Below are positions 7,786 to 17,463 of a stretch of 64,000 bases of DNA, in pieces. This DNA is from Aggregatilineales bacterium (lineage in GTDB: Bacteria; Chloroflexota; Anaerolineae; Aggregatilineales; Phototrophicaceae). The stretch lies in contig JBBRAA010000016.1 of the NCBI GenBank assembly GCA_038207205.1, positions 3,578 to 67,577 of the forward strand. The letters run 5' to 3'. A program made the translations under genes and the position numbers. Numbering within the stretch: position 1 is the first letter of the stretch; every line of letters begins with the position of its first letter. Under the pieces are notes generated by a model. The model saw nothing but the letters and a program-made list of their open reading frames with translations, ran no database searches and was not told where the DNA came from.

Positions 7786-10700
7786 TTAACACGGGGGTTG
7801 TCCCTCACGACCGCAGTCCGGCAGTGGCGTAGACGTGCGGGTTGCCGTTGCCGTGCGCGTGTTGGTGCGCGTCGACGTCGGCGCAATCGTATTTGTAGCT
7901 GTCGCCGTACTCGTCGCCGTAATCGTCGGCGTAATCGGGGTATTCGTCGGCGTTATTGTCGGCGTAATCGGTGTGTTCGTCGGCGTAATCGGTGTGTTCG
8001 TCCGCGTATTAGTCGGTGTAATCGGTGTGTTCGTCGGCGTAATCGGTGTGTTCGTCGGCGTATTTGTCGGCGTGATCGGTGTGTTCGTCGGCGGAATCGG
8101 GGTATTCGTCCGCGTATTCGTCGGCGTAATCGGTGTGTTCGTCGGCGGAATCGGGGTATTCGTCGGCGTATTCGTCGGCGTAATCGGTGTGTTCGTCGGC
8201 GGAATCGGGGTATTCGTCCGCGTATTCGTCGGCGTAATCGGTGTGTTCGTCGGCGGAATCGTCGGTGTGAATGTATTCGTCGGTGTGAATGTATTCGTCG
8301 CGGTCGGCGTTGGCGTCGGAGTCAAGCAGCTCTCTTGCACCACCTGAGTGACCAAACCGGTGTAGGCGAGCGCGGTCGTGTTATACAACCGATCCGAAAT
8401 CGGTGTGTAGAATGTGATATCCAGAGAACCCAAATCGATACCCACGTTGTAGATGAGCACGCCAGCAGCACGCGCCGCATTGCTCGAAGCGATCATCGCG
8501 TTTCGGTAGGCGTCTGTACTCGGGCGATTACCAATGAGATTGATGATTATACGCACGACGGAACGCGGACTACCGTTAAACTGGGCGACCGCCGAGTTGA
8601 CTGCGGGAGCAGGATTACGATTTCCGCTGGTTGGATCATCGATTTGGGTGTTGATGACATTGTAAATCGATGTCGCGTTTCCGCTCAGCGCCAGTTCCAA
8701 ATCGTTCGTCGTACCACGGTAACGGATGATGCCCACCCGCGTATCGGCGATTCCAATTGTGTATGACGCCACCGCATCGCGCATGAAGTTCTTCTGCGCT
8801 GTGAAATCACTCGGATTACCCGCTAAGCCAATCGCATCCGAGTTATCAAGGATAAACATAATATCCACGTCGGTCGGGCAAATCGGTGTACGCGTCGCTG
8901 TCGGCGTACGCGTCGCGGTCGCGGTCGGCGTATTGGTCGCGGTCGCGGTATTGGTCGCGGTCGCAGTCGCGGTATTGGTCGCGGTCGCAGTGGCAGTCGC
9001 AGTCGGTGTCGCGCTGGCGAAGATACCCGTCGGCGAACCTGTTGTAATACTGCACGCGGGAACCGCTACACTGATCGTCGACCCACCCGGAGCGCCGCCT
9101 GTGGCAATCGTCGGGTTTGCATAACCCCCGAATACGACGTACATATACTCCGAAACACCAGGGTCAATCGCATAAACCAGTAAGCGCGTACCGACGGTCG
9201 CACTATTGGTCGGCGATGTCGTAATGCCCGTACTCGCCTGCCAGAATTTAGTCGATCCAGCGGCTGTCGAAGGACCTGTACCGCCGAACCAAACTTCCGT
9301 GATTGAACGTCCTGCGCTCGCTGCCCATACGATATTGAAGTTCTGAATCGTAATTGGCACTTCGAGCAAGTTCGTCGTCAACACGCGGGCGTGAGTGCTG
9401 CCCGGCGTCGCCTGCGCGAATGCATAGGGCGGAACTGTCGTGCAATCTGGGATTGGCGTGCTAGGTGGCGTATAGGTGAGCGGAATTTCGCAGTCAGTGG
9501 TGCTCAGTGGATCATCGAAGCGCAGCGTGATCGCTGTCACATACGGTTGCATATCCAGTGGGCTATCATCATACACGAATGTAAATTTGTTCTGACCCGT
9601 GGTGATGAACACGCTGCCAGTACCGTTGAAGTCACCATCTGCACCAGTCGGACCGACGATGGTGTTGGGTGCCACATCAGGACCGACCCACACCTGACCG
9701 GTGACAGCGGGTGGTGATGAGATATCAGTGGTCAAACGCATTTCGGTCAAATTTGTACTGGGGAAGAATGACGGGATCGTCCAATTGATTTGCGCGCCTG
9801 TGACCGATGTCGGAATACCATATGTGTAGCTGATATTGACATCAATCTGCGATGTGGATAAGAACGTCGTCCCCGACACGGTGATCGACGCGCACGTAAA
9901 GGCAGGCGTCGCTGTGCGCGTCGCTGTATTTGTGCGCGACGCCGTTGGGGTCAATGTCGCCAAGCCTGTCGCCGTCGCGGTGTTGGTGGGTGAACCGCCA
10001 AGCAGCGGATTCGTGGCTGTTGCGGTGGCGGTCAACGTATTCGTTGATGTAGGCGTGAACGCGTTCGTGGCGGTATTGGTCGCAGTATTGGTCGGGTTGA
10101 TAATCGCCGTTGCAGCGAGCGGCAGTGCACCCACTAACGGCGCGGCGCGCGGACTGCGGAACGCTTCGTTGATGGCGGTGCGGCGCGCTTGCAGACGTAT
10201 AAACGGACCCAAACCCAGCGGCGTGACCAGCGGGTGATTGAAAGTGACAACCACATTGACTGTGTCGCCCGGACCGCCTGCGTCCAACCACGGAATACCG
10301 TCATCCTGACTGCCGGGACCCAGGTTACGATAGTTCATATCGGCGGTGTCAACATCGAGATTACACATGGGTGCGAGTGTATTATTTGCGCTCGCTTCCC
10401 ACACAGTCTGATACCTCGGCACAGCGCTATTATCGCGGGTACGCGAGCTGCACATCATCACATCGAAGAAGCCAGGCTCATCCCACCCGCGCAGCGCGCT
10501 GTTCGGATTAGGCGTGCCCGCCCATTCGACATCGATCGTGCGCATCCATACATAAAACCATGGCACATCCTGCAAGTCCGTAACGTTTGGACTACCCGTG
10601 CCATACGGATTAGAGTTCAGCGCGGTGTAGACCTCTGGAACTAACAGATTGCTCAACTGAAAATCGACGATCGACGACGAGTCGCCGCCAAGTGCCAGCC

Positions 10701-11253
10701 CTGCCGAGCCACGTCGCGCTTCATCATAAATCGACAAGATACGCATCAGGTCGCGGCGGCGGTTTTGGTCATCTGGGTCGAACGGGTCGCAATCTTCGTC
10801 GCGGACGTTGTCCACAGTACTCACATCGCCGTCGCCATACCATGTGGCGTAGATGCTTTCAGCGCCGCCCCAGAAAACATCGATGCTGCGTCCATAAACA
10901 TCGACCGTTTGCCGCGCCCCGACTTGTGCGACGGCGTCGGCAAGTACCAGTCTGTTGTCCGCATCGTTGGCTTCGATACACGGGATCATCGTATTGTACT
11001 GATCGGATGGATCAAGACCGATATAGTTCAGGTTGACGCGAAACTTTTCTTCGTCATACTGACCGGTCGTCGCATAGCGTGCCGCAGCGCGTGCCGCATT
11101 TTGCAGCGTCACCCATGCCTGAAAAATACGCCCAAATTCAATGATGCCGAATAAGAGCGCCAGCAAAATCGGCAATGTCAGGGCAAACTCGGCTAACGTT
11201 TGCCCCTGCCGCCGTCGTTTATAGCGTACCTGCGGTTCGGTTTGTGCTTCCAT
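7786..11253 (-). CDS. tadE: Giant TadE-family minor pilin with vWA domain and Thr/Pro-rich repeats
   Basis: RRRQG|QTLAEFALTLPILLALLFGIIEFG prepilin motif, LQNAARAAARYA; vWA segment DIMFILDNSDAIG...RVGIIRY...IYNVGI; three T/P-rich linkers. Confidence 0.85.
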   Translation of the reverse strand: MEAQTEPQVRYKRRRQGQTLAEFALTLPILLALLFGIIEFGRIFQAWVTLQNAARAAARYATTGQYDEEKFRVNLNYIGLDPSDQYNTMIPCIEANDADNRLVLADAVAQVGARQTVDVYGRSIDVFWGGAESIYATWYGDGDVSTVDNVRDEDCDPFDPDDQNRRRDLMRILSIYDEARRGSAGLALGGDSSSIVDFQLSNLLVPEVYTALNSNPYGTGSPNVTDLQDVPWFYVWMRTIDVEWAGTPNPNSALRGWDEPGFFDVMMCSSRTRDNSAVPRYQTVWEASANNTLAPMCNLDVDTADMNYRNLGPGSQDDGIPWLDAGGPGDTVNVVVTFNHPLVTPLGLGPFIRLQARRTAINEAFRSPRAAPLVGALPLAATAIINPTNTATNTATNAFTPTSTNTLTATATATNPLLGGSPTNTATATGLATLTPTASRTNTATRTATPAFTCASITVSGTTFLSTSQIDVNISYTYGIPTSVTGAQINWTIPSFFPSTNLTEMRLTTDISSPPAVTGQVWVGPDVAPNTIVGPTGADGDFNGTGSVFITTGQNKFTFVYDDSPLDMQPYVTAITLRFDDPLSTTDCEIPLTYTPPSTPIPDCTTVPPYAFAQATPGSTHARVLTTNLLEVPITIQNFNIVWAASAGRSITEVWFGGTGPSTAAGSTKFWQASTGITTSPTNSATVGTRLLVYAIDPGVSEYMYVVFGGYANPTIATGGAPGGSTISVAVPACSITTGSPTGIFASATPTATATATATNTATATATNTATATNTPTATATRTPTATRTPICPTDVDIMFILDNSDAIGLAGNPSDFTAQKNFMRDAVASYTIGIADTRVGIIRYRGTTNDLELALSGNATSIYNVINTQIDDPTSGNRNPAPAVNSAVAQFNGSPRSVVRIIINLIGNRPSTDAYRNAMIASSNAARAAGVLIYNVGIDLGSLDITFYTPISDRLYNTTALAYTGLVTQVVQESCLTPTPTPTATNTFTPTNTFTPTIPPTNTPITPTNTRTNTPIPPTNTPITPTNTPTNTPIPPTNTPITPTNTRTNTPIPPTNTPITPTNTPTNTPITPTNTPITPTNTRTNTPITPTNTPITPTITPTNTPITPTITATSTATATNTIAPTSTRTNTRTATATRTSTPLPDCGREGQPPC
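7969..8238 (-). repeat. Coding tandem array: five 54-bp (18-aa) units ITPTNT(R/P)TNTPI(P/T)PTNTP
   Basis: Units parsed from the translation; residue 7 alternates R,P,R,P,R, giving a 108-bp higher-order period. Confidence 0.9.
8885..9012 (-). repeat. Low-complexity (TA)n/TNT coding linker
   Basis: gtcgcg/gtattg 6-bp units encoding ATPTATATATNTATATATNTATATNTPTATATRTPT. Confidence 0.8.
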
Positions 11254-11290
11254 AATCCCCTCGGATAATTGCGTCGATGACTGATTCGCG

Positions 11291-14230
11291 CTATTGCGAA
11301 AGCCGTGTGAACAGGCGAGATGCGATTTCGTTGAATACGCGCGTCAGTTCTTCGGTGGTTCCCGCGCTGAAATAATTACCACAGCTTGTTTGCGGCGCAA
11401 GCGGTGCATAGTCTTCACGAGGTGTTCCACCCAAATCTTCGAGTTGAACTTCGCACGCACCACGTGGACCCCATGCCTGGTCTTGTGGCGGATCTGTCAG
11501 GTCAACACCGTTGCTGATGCGATCCCCCATGAATGCCTGCCAGTGATCGCTGTCGATGCGGAAGTTATCGCCCGCATCGGCGATATAGCGCAGCAGTTCT
11601 TCGCCCAGATAGTCAGCGCGGCGCGGTTCGCTAGCGGGGTTGATGCCGCGCAAGCAGTTGTATTGAGCGGTGCTGCCCACAACGTAAAGCGCCGCATCAT
11701 TGCAGTTGAAGGTTGCTCCCGTATTGGCTGGCTGCGAATAATCGAGTCCGAAACCAATCGTGTAAATCGATGGCAGCAGTTGATCCTGTACGCGACCCAA
11801 AGCAGCCGCGGCTGCCGGGTCGATAGTCAGGTCAGCGACGGCGACCCAGTCCGCCCAATCACGCGCATAATCGTCTACGTCATAGAAGGTTTCACAGCCG
11901 GCTGATTCCAAAGGTTCCAGGTTCGGCTCACCAGCTTGAAACAGGTCGCCGCAGAATGTGCGCGTGTCCGGGTCGACATCCGAACACTGCGGGAAGGTAC
12001 GATCGTCGGTCAGCTCGCCTGGATCGGAAGATGTTCCGTAAGGACACAAACCAAACGCCCCATATTGACCTGCCACCGGCTCGATGACCGTGTAAATGCC
12101 TGTCACATACAACCCTGAGTCAGGTCCCGGAAAAGAACGTGGGCTGTCTGATGCTCGAAAGGCATCGGGCAAAACGGCGGTCGTGTTCTCCGCCGCTGTA
12201 CGCCGAAACGGGTCACTCGCGCCTGCCGCGCCGTCGCTCAACATCACCATCAACCAGACCGCGCCTTCACGCCGCCCGTTCAGGTACAGCATGTTACTGG
12301 CATTCGCAAGCGCGCCGCCGATGTTGGTGCCCGCACACGACGCCACATATTCATAACTCAGGTTACGCGGGCGTCCACCCGTTACCGTACTTGCCTCTGC
12401 AACCGCCCAAGCAGGCATTGTGCCGCCACGACCCGCATTCGTGGTGATGTCGTCGAGCGGTGTTTGCCCGTCTGTCAACGAAGTAGAACGCGTTTCAAGG
12501 AGAGTAGTAGCGGTATTGTAATAATAGCGGATGCTCGTGCCATATTGGGCGTCCATCGAAATTGAGTCGAGCGGACACGCACCGCTGACCGGATGATAGC
12601 GAATCGATTCCAGTGTCAGTGGCGGCGTCCCCACAGGATCAAGGGCGCTGTCGCCTTCAATTTCATCGTAAGTGTAGCAGCCGTTATCTGCGTTCGGATT
12701 GCCGGCGCTGCGTGCGTCTGGGCGCAGTTTCAAACAATCCCATACACCATTGGTATCAATATCGCCGTAGAAATTAGGTTCGGCGCGCACACCGATGTTT
12801 TCAGCCAACACCGCTTCAGCGCCACGCCGACCGATAATATCTGTCTGCGTTTCGATCATTGGGATTTGAGCGCCTTCCCCATCCGGGTCGATGACGAACG
12901 CGGAGCGGTCAAACGTGACATACGCCACGCGGTCGCCGCGCAAAAAGTCCAGTCGCCCTAAGAAGGAAGCGGCAGAGTCGCGCGCGGTTTTGAACGGTTC
13001 GCATACCAAATCGCCGAAATCAAAATCGCCGTTCGGATCATTGCAGCAGCCGTAGAAATTGTAGGTAGGCACAAAACCAACCGCGAATCCCGCATTCGAG
13101 CCATTAAAGTACGCGTTGTATTCCGCTTGAGTCGCGAAGGGCTGCACTGGGTCTGCACCCACATATTCAGTAGTGTACAAATCGTTACTCAAGCCAAAAA
13201 CATTATATGACGACCGCGGCCACACGCGCGATTGACACATAGCGTGTCCTTGCAAATCCTGATGATCGGCGGGGTCTAAGCCAGTCGGCAGCCATTCGTC
13301 CGCGGTGAACAACGCTGGCGCGCAGAAAAATGATTCCATGACGACGTTGTCCGTAGCAGGGTCGATATAGACCGCATAGTTGTTTGATGGGTCACGCTGC
13401 CTTGCTTGCACGGTGAACCCGGCTTGAATTTGTTCCTGGGTCATGTTCATGAACTGCGACCAGTTCCAGCATTCTGGGCGACCGGACGGGTCTGCAAGAT
13501 ATTCCTGATCGGTGAAATATGGCATTCCTGAAACCCAATTTATGGTGCGCGGCAGATAGCGATAGCCATAACCGCCCGCTTCCCAGTCTTCAAAATTCGT
13601 ATCATTGAGCATCGACTCGGATACGTCGAAGATCAATGCCACGTCCAGAACCGCCGTCTGCGAAATCGCTTCGACGCTCAGCGTGACGGTGCCATAGCCG
13701 AGCAAATTCAGGAAAGTGGTCGGCGCCAGAATTTGTGCGGTGACGCGTACCAGCTTGAGTTCGTCATCCGTGCACAACGCTTCAAAACGCTTAATATCTT
13801 CCGGGTTCGCACCGACGCCATACAAAGGCGCCCCAGTGCGGTCGACCGGGTTGCCATTGGTATCGCGCAAACGCTGCACACGGCACGTTTCTACCACCAC
13901 CGTCGATGTGTTGATGCCGTAAGCATCGATAAATTGGCGCGCAGCGAGTTGAAGCTTCGTGATGCTGGCGGCTTCACCGTTCACATCGTCAGTGGGGTCG
14001 GTGGTTCCCAGGTCATCGGGGATGCGGCGCATCTGCCCGGCGGCAGAGACCGCCGCCGCGTCCACTGCACGGCTGAGCGCGCTGTAACGAACGAACAGCA
14101 GCGACACATCGGTGACAATGCCGACGAAACCGAGCAGCGCGACAAATCCAATCGCCAGCACGATGATCGATTGCCCACTCTGTCCGCGTCCGCGTCTCTT
14201 GATGTGTTTCACAGGTTCATTATTCATCAT
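11291..14230 (-). CDS. tadG: TadG-like pilus tip protein with vWA domain
   Basis: GQSG|QSIIVLAIGFVALLGFVGIVTDVS..LSRAVDAAAVSAA Tad N-terminus; intact MIDAS LIFDVSESM; GTNIGGAL, LMVMLSDGAA, IYTIGFG. Start could extend to 14296. Confidence 0.85.
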   Translation of the reverse strand: MMNNEPVKHIKRRGRGQSGQSIIVLAIGFVALLGFVGIVTDVSLLFVRYSALSRAVDAAAVSAAGQMRRIPDDLGTTDPTDDVNGEAASITKLQLAARQFIDAYGINTSTVVVETCRVQRLRDTNGNPVDRTGAPLYGVGANPEDIKRFEALCTDDELKLVRVTAQILAPTTFLNLLGYGTVTLSVEAISQTAVLDVALIFDVSESMLNDTNFEDWEAGGYGYRYLPRTINWVSGMPYFTDQEYLADPSGRPECWNWSQFMNMTQEQIQAGFTVQARQRDPSNNYAVYIDPATDNVVMESFFCAPALFTADEWLPTGLDPADHQDLQGHAMCQSRVWPRSSYNVFGLSNDLYTTEYVGADPVQPFATQAEYNAYFNGSNAGFAVGFVPTYNFYGCCNDPNGDFDFGDLVCEPFKTARDSAASFLGRLDFLRGDRVAYVTFDRSAFVIDPDGEGAQIPMIETQTDIIGRRGAEAVLAENIGVRAEPNFYGDIDTNGVWDCLKLRPDARSAGNPNADNGCYTYDEIEGDSALDPVGTPPLTLESIRYHPVSGACPLDSISMDAQYGTSIRYYYNTATTLLETRSTSLTDGQTPLDDITTNAGRGGTMPAWAVAEASTVTGGRPRNLSYEYVASCAGTNIGGALANASNMLYLNGRREGAVWLMVMLSDGAAGASDPFRRTAAENTTAVLPDAFRASDSPRSFPGPDSGLYVTGIYTVIEPVAGQYGAFGLCPYGTSSDPGELTDDRTFPQCSDVDPDTRTFCGDLFQAGEPNLEPLESAGCETFYDVDDYARDWADWVAVADLTIDPAAAAALGRVQDQLLPSIYTIGFGLDYSQPANTGATFNCNDAALYVVGSTAQYNCLRGINPASEPRRADYLGEELLRYIADAGDNFRIDSDHWQAFMGDRISNGVDLTDPPQDQAWGPRGACEVQLEDLGGTPREDYAPLAPQTSCGNYFSAGTTEELTRVFNEIASRLFTRLSQ

Positions 14231-14285
14231 TTGGTCTGCCTGTCTACTTAATTCAGACACTCTTGAAAACCAGCGAAGTAAATCG

Positions 14286-15611
14286 TTAATCTGCACCGGG
14301 TTTATCGATCAATTCGATGTACGGTTCGACCGACGGCAGTGGGAACATTGCCCACAGGTATAAATCGGGACGTCCATCGCGCGAAAACGCTTCAAAGACG
14401 GGCGACAATACCGGAATTTTCAGCAGCATTTCGTGTTCCCAGTACATTTCGACCAGCGCCACGCCTTGACTGGGCAGCAGACGGCGTTCTTCATACACAT
14501 TGGTATCGGGGTCTAACGAGTCGACTGTGTACTCAGCGAGATTGAACAATTCTTCAATATCGGCGATTCTGAATTCGCTACCAATGCACCCAGTCCCGCC
14601 GATGACATGATTACCGAACCACATGAAGCCGACCTGTTTTTCGATGGTGCCCTGCGTGTAATTATCATCGCTTGGATCATCCGGGTCGATGCCAAAATCA
14701 ACGAAACCTGCAGCCGTCGTACCCCCTACATCGAAGCCTGGAAGCTCTTCAAATTCGTCGCTCACGTTGTAAAGCGCAGCAGTCGGTCCGCTAGGGATGT
14801 TGCCAGCGAACGCATCGATAAATCCGTTGCCGTTGAAATCGAACGGGTCGCGCGCATCAAAAATATCTGGGTCGCTGACAAAGGTCTCAGACGCCTGGCA
14901 TTCGTTCGCATTAACGGGGTAACGTCCTACAACCAACAACTGCGGCACATTGGCGGCAATCGGTCGCATCGAGAGCGTCGTCCAACGATCGATACCGCCG
15001 CCTTCGTCGTCTTTGGTCACATCGATCAGTTCGAGCGCGAACGCCGAGACGATGATGTCATCCACGCCGTTATAAGGATTCATAAAGAGCGGCGTCATCG
15101 AACTCAACATCGTACATGCCACATCGTTATAAAAACCGATGAGCGTCTGATCCGCACCACCGCAAGGGCTGGTAGTGCGCGCCGCCACGACATCCGCAGG
15201 TTCTGCAGATAGAATCCCTCCAAGATATTCATCGCGTACATTCACGCGCTGCTGATTTTCAATCAAAGCAGCAGCCGCGTCGATATACGGCATTTGATAC
15301 TGCACCCGAATATTCGCATTTGGGACATAACTGCTGCGGTCATCCCAAAATAACGGTGAGCGCGTATCCGTTAGCGTGGTCGCGCGGCGCGCGCCATAGC
15401 GCGTCACATCCAATATATTGAGATAGTTGTTCGCTAACCAGCCGATTTCGACTAAGCCCGCGAATAGGATGATCAAGACCGGCGTCAGGAACGCCATTTC
15501 GACCAAGCTTTGTCCGCGCTGTCGGCGCTGACGTTTTTCGTCCTTCGAAGGAGCATGTGCCGCAGGGCTGCCATCAAGGATTTCGATCACGCGAGTCCAA
15601 AATTGTCGCAT
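14286..15611 (-). CDS. tadE: TadE-family minor pilin, large
   Basis: RQRG|QSLVEMAFLTPVLIILFAGLVEIG..TRYGARRA; start reassigned to ATG 15611 after GAGGACAAGGG. Confidence 0.82.
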   Translation of the reverse strand: MRQFWTRVIEILDGSPAAHAPSKDEKRQRRQRGQSLVEMAFLTPVLIILFAGLVEIGWLANNYLNILDVTRYGARRATTLTDTRSPLFWDDRSSYVPNANIRVQYQMPYIDAAAALIENQQRVNVRDEYLGGILSAEPADVVAARTTSPCGGADQTLIGFYNDVACTMLSSMTPLFMNPYNGVDDIIVSAFALELIDVTKDDEGGGIDRWTTLSMRPIAANVPQLLVVGRYPVNANECQASETFVSDPDIFDARDPFDFNGNGFIDAFAGNIPSGPTAALYNVSDEFEELPGFDVGGTTAAGFVDFGIDPDDPSDDNYTQGTIEKQVGFMWFGNHVIGGTGCIGSEFRIADIEELFNLAEYTVDSLDPDTNVYEERRLLPSQGVALVEMYWEHEMLLKIPVLSPVFEAFSRDGRPDLYLWAMFPLPSVEPYIELIDKPGAD

Positions 15612-15660
15612 AAGCCGCCGTACCCTTGTCCTCAACCATCTCTCAATGAGAGGGCTTTTT

Positions 15661-15700
15661 CGCCATGATGATAATACCATACAGACTTTCGTCATGGCGT
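15661..15700 (-). promoter_or_regulatory. Candidate extended -10 promoter for the minor-pilin operon, inside an inverted repeat
   Basis: Minus strand TGgTATTAT at 15679-15671; CGCCATGATG(15661-70)/CGTCATGGCG(15690-99) 9/10 inverted repeat. Confidence 0.35.
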
Positions 15701-15735
15701 TCGCGTTGTGTGCAGAAGTTGATAAGGTTTTGTAC

Positions 15736-15764
15736 AAACAAAAAGCGGTTCAATCATGAACCGC
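15736..15764 (-). terminator. Intrinsic terminator downstream of response regulator 15828..16538
   Basis: Minus strand GCGGTTCA-tgat-TGAACCGC followed by TTTTTGTTT. Confidence 0.75.
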
Positions 15765-15827
15765 CTCAATCTCAGCATTTATGGGGCATTAGTGCCGCCC
15801 CCGACAGCATAATATCGGGGTTAGCCC

Positions 15828-16538
15828 TCAACGATACGCGAGTTCATCTTCGATATGAACGCGCGCCTTCACAACATACCCGCGCCCATGACGCGATTGA
15901 ATGACCAGAGGACGATCCGGATCATGCTCGATTTTGCCGCGCAAATTGTGAATATGATTACGAACCAGCGCTGCATCTCCAATTCCGTTGGGATACAGCC
16001 AGACATGTTCAAGCAGGTTTTCGGTCGAATGCGCATCGCCCGGCGTTTGACACAGGTGTTTGAGCAAATCGAATTCGACACGCGTCAGCGAAATTTCGCG
16101 GTCGTTCATATAAACGCGGTAGCTGGATGGAAAAATGCGTATCACAGGTTCATCGATGTTGGCGAACTGCGATGCGCGTCGTATGTGCGCACGCACACGC
16201 GCGGCGAGTTCACGCGGCATGATAGGTTTACGCAAATAATCGTCGCCGCCGCTGTTGAGTGCTTGCACAGCAATCTCAGTATCACGCATTCCACTTAAAA
16301 ATAAAATCGGCGTGTTCATCGTCGTTTTCGTCTCACGCAGTTGTCGGCACAAGTGGATTCCGTCGATGTCGAGCAATCCTGCGTCGATTATAAATAAATC
16401 GGGCGGTTGTGCCTCAGCGATACGCAGTGCATCGCGCCCACTCGACGCCCTGACCACGTCGAAGCCTTCACGACGCAGCGTTAGTTCGACCATATCGAGA
16501 ACACCAGCGTCATCATCAACGACCAAGATTGTTGTCAT
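15828..16538 (-). CDS. OmpR/PhoB-family response regulator
   Basis: ILVVDDD, LFIIDAG (phospho-Asp), FLSG, DDYLRKP; winged helix LTRVEFDLL...LVRNHIHNLRGKIE. Confidence 0.9.
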   Translation of the reverse strand: MTTILVVDDDAGVLDMVELTLRREGFDVVRASSGRDALRIAEAQPPDLFIIDAGLLDIDGIHLCRQLRETKTTMNTPILFLSGMRDTEIAVQALNSGGDDYLRKPIMPRELAARVRAHIRRASQFANIDEPVIRIFPSSYRVYMNDREISLTRVEFDLLKHLCQTPGDAHSTENLLEHVWLYPNGIGDAALVRNHIHNLRGKIEHDPDRPLVIQSRHGRGYVVKARVHIEDELAYR

Positions 16539-16624
16539 TACACACCCTATTCATAAATTTTGCAAAGCCAAATCAAGTCAACTTAATCATAGCCTCAAGG
16601 ATAGCGAAATATTCAATGATAGCG

Positions 16625-16650
16625 TGTGAAAAATTTGTGAATTTTGTGGA
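16625..16650 (-). promoter_or_regulatory. Three T(T/C)CACA direct repeats upstream of the response regulator
   Basis: Minus strand TCCACA-AAA-TTCACA-AATTT-TTCACA; hexamers start 9 and 11 bp apart in an AT-rich spacer. Confidence 0.4.
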
Positions 16651-16688
16651 CAAAAAGCTGAAAAGACGAAGAGTTCCTACATCGAGTC

Positions 16689-16724
16689 AAACAAAAGGAC
16701 GGTCATTATGCCGTCCTTTTGTTT
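16689..16724. terminator. Intrinsic terminator after response regulator 16765..17457
   Basis: AAACAAAAGGACGG-tcattatg-CCGTCCTTTTGTTT, perfect 14-bp stem with tracts on both sides. Confidence 0.85.
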
Positions 16725-16764
16725 TGGCAATTGCCCAAGTATGAAGATTTAATTGCGAACCCCG

Positions 16765-17457
16765 TTAATTGCCCGTCGAAATCATGTATCCGACGCCATG
16801 AATCGTGCGTATATAACGCCGCCGACTCTCTTTTTCGATTTTGGCACGCAAATTGCGGATATGCGCGCGCACGAGATCAGGGTCGCCTGTTCCTGGAGGA
16901 TATTCCCATACATGTTGCAGCAGCACCCCCGGCGATAACGCTTGATCAGGGTGCTCCATCAAATAACGCAGCAGTTTATGTTCTGTCATCGTCAACTGAA
17001 TCGTCAATTCTCCAGGACACGCTTGATACGTATCGGAGTCCAGTCGAAGATCGCCAATTTGCAGCATTGTCGAAGGCGATTTATCGCGTTTACCGCGCCG
17101 AAGCAGCGCTGCAATGCGCGCGCGTAGTTCCGAAAGCTCGAACGGTTTGATCACGTAATCATCCGCACCCGCGTCCAACCCAGTCACAATATCATCGACA
17201 TTGCCTTTTGCAGTGAGAAACAAAATCGGCAGCGTGATAAAGCGCGGGTCACGCCGCAAACGGCGGCACAGCGTCACGCCGTCCATTTCGGGCATAATGA
17301 TATCGAGAATTAACAAATCAGGTTTTTGTTTTTCTAAAGCGATCAGTGCTTGCTGACTGGAACTCATCAACAAAACGTCATAATTTTCATGCTCCAAGAC
17401 GCGTCCCACCGTTTGCAGCACTTCATTTTCGTCATCTACCGCATAAATAAGCGTCAT
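16765..17457 (-). CDS. OmpR/PhoB-family response regulator
   Basis: YAVDDE, LLILDIIMPEMDG, FLTAK, DDYVIKPF; wHTH LTMTEHKLL...LVRAHIRNLRAKIE...IRTIHGVGY. Confidence 0.92.
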   Translation of the reverse strand: MTLIYAVDDENEVLQTVGRVLEHENYDVLLMSSSQQALIALEKQKPDLLILDIIMPEMDGVTLCRRLRRDPRFITLPILFLTAKGNVDDIVTGLDAGADDYVIKPFELSELRARIAALLRRGKRDKSPSTMLQIGDLRLDSDTYQACPGELTIQLTMTEHKLLRYLMEHPDQALSPGVLLQHVWEYPPGTGDPDLVRAHIRNLRAKIEKESRRRYIRTIHGVGYMISTGN

Positions 17458-17463
17458 AGAGTT

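Noticed and set aside
7969-8238. Tandem repeat considered as a CRISPR array
   Set aside because: Contiguous in-frame units with no unique spacers and no cas genes in the window
7687-8766. 359-aa Arg-rich ORF and 170-aa Val/Gly ORF (7835..8347) on the plus strand
   Set aside because: Antisense shadows of the Thr/Pro repeat in tadE; low complexity and no independent motifs
7786-10100. TNT repeats as N-glycosylation sequons
   Set aside because: They read N-T-P, N-T-R or N-T-A rather than N-x-S/T, so O-linkage on Thr is the only plausible reading
15612-15827. c-di-GMP riboswitch upstream of the pilin genes
   Set aside because: No recognisable GEMM-type motif by eye; the hairpins are explained by a terminator and short palindromes (an Infernal search was not run)
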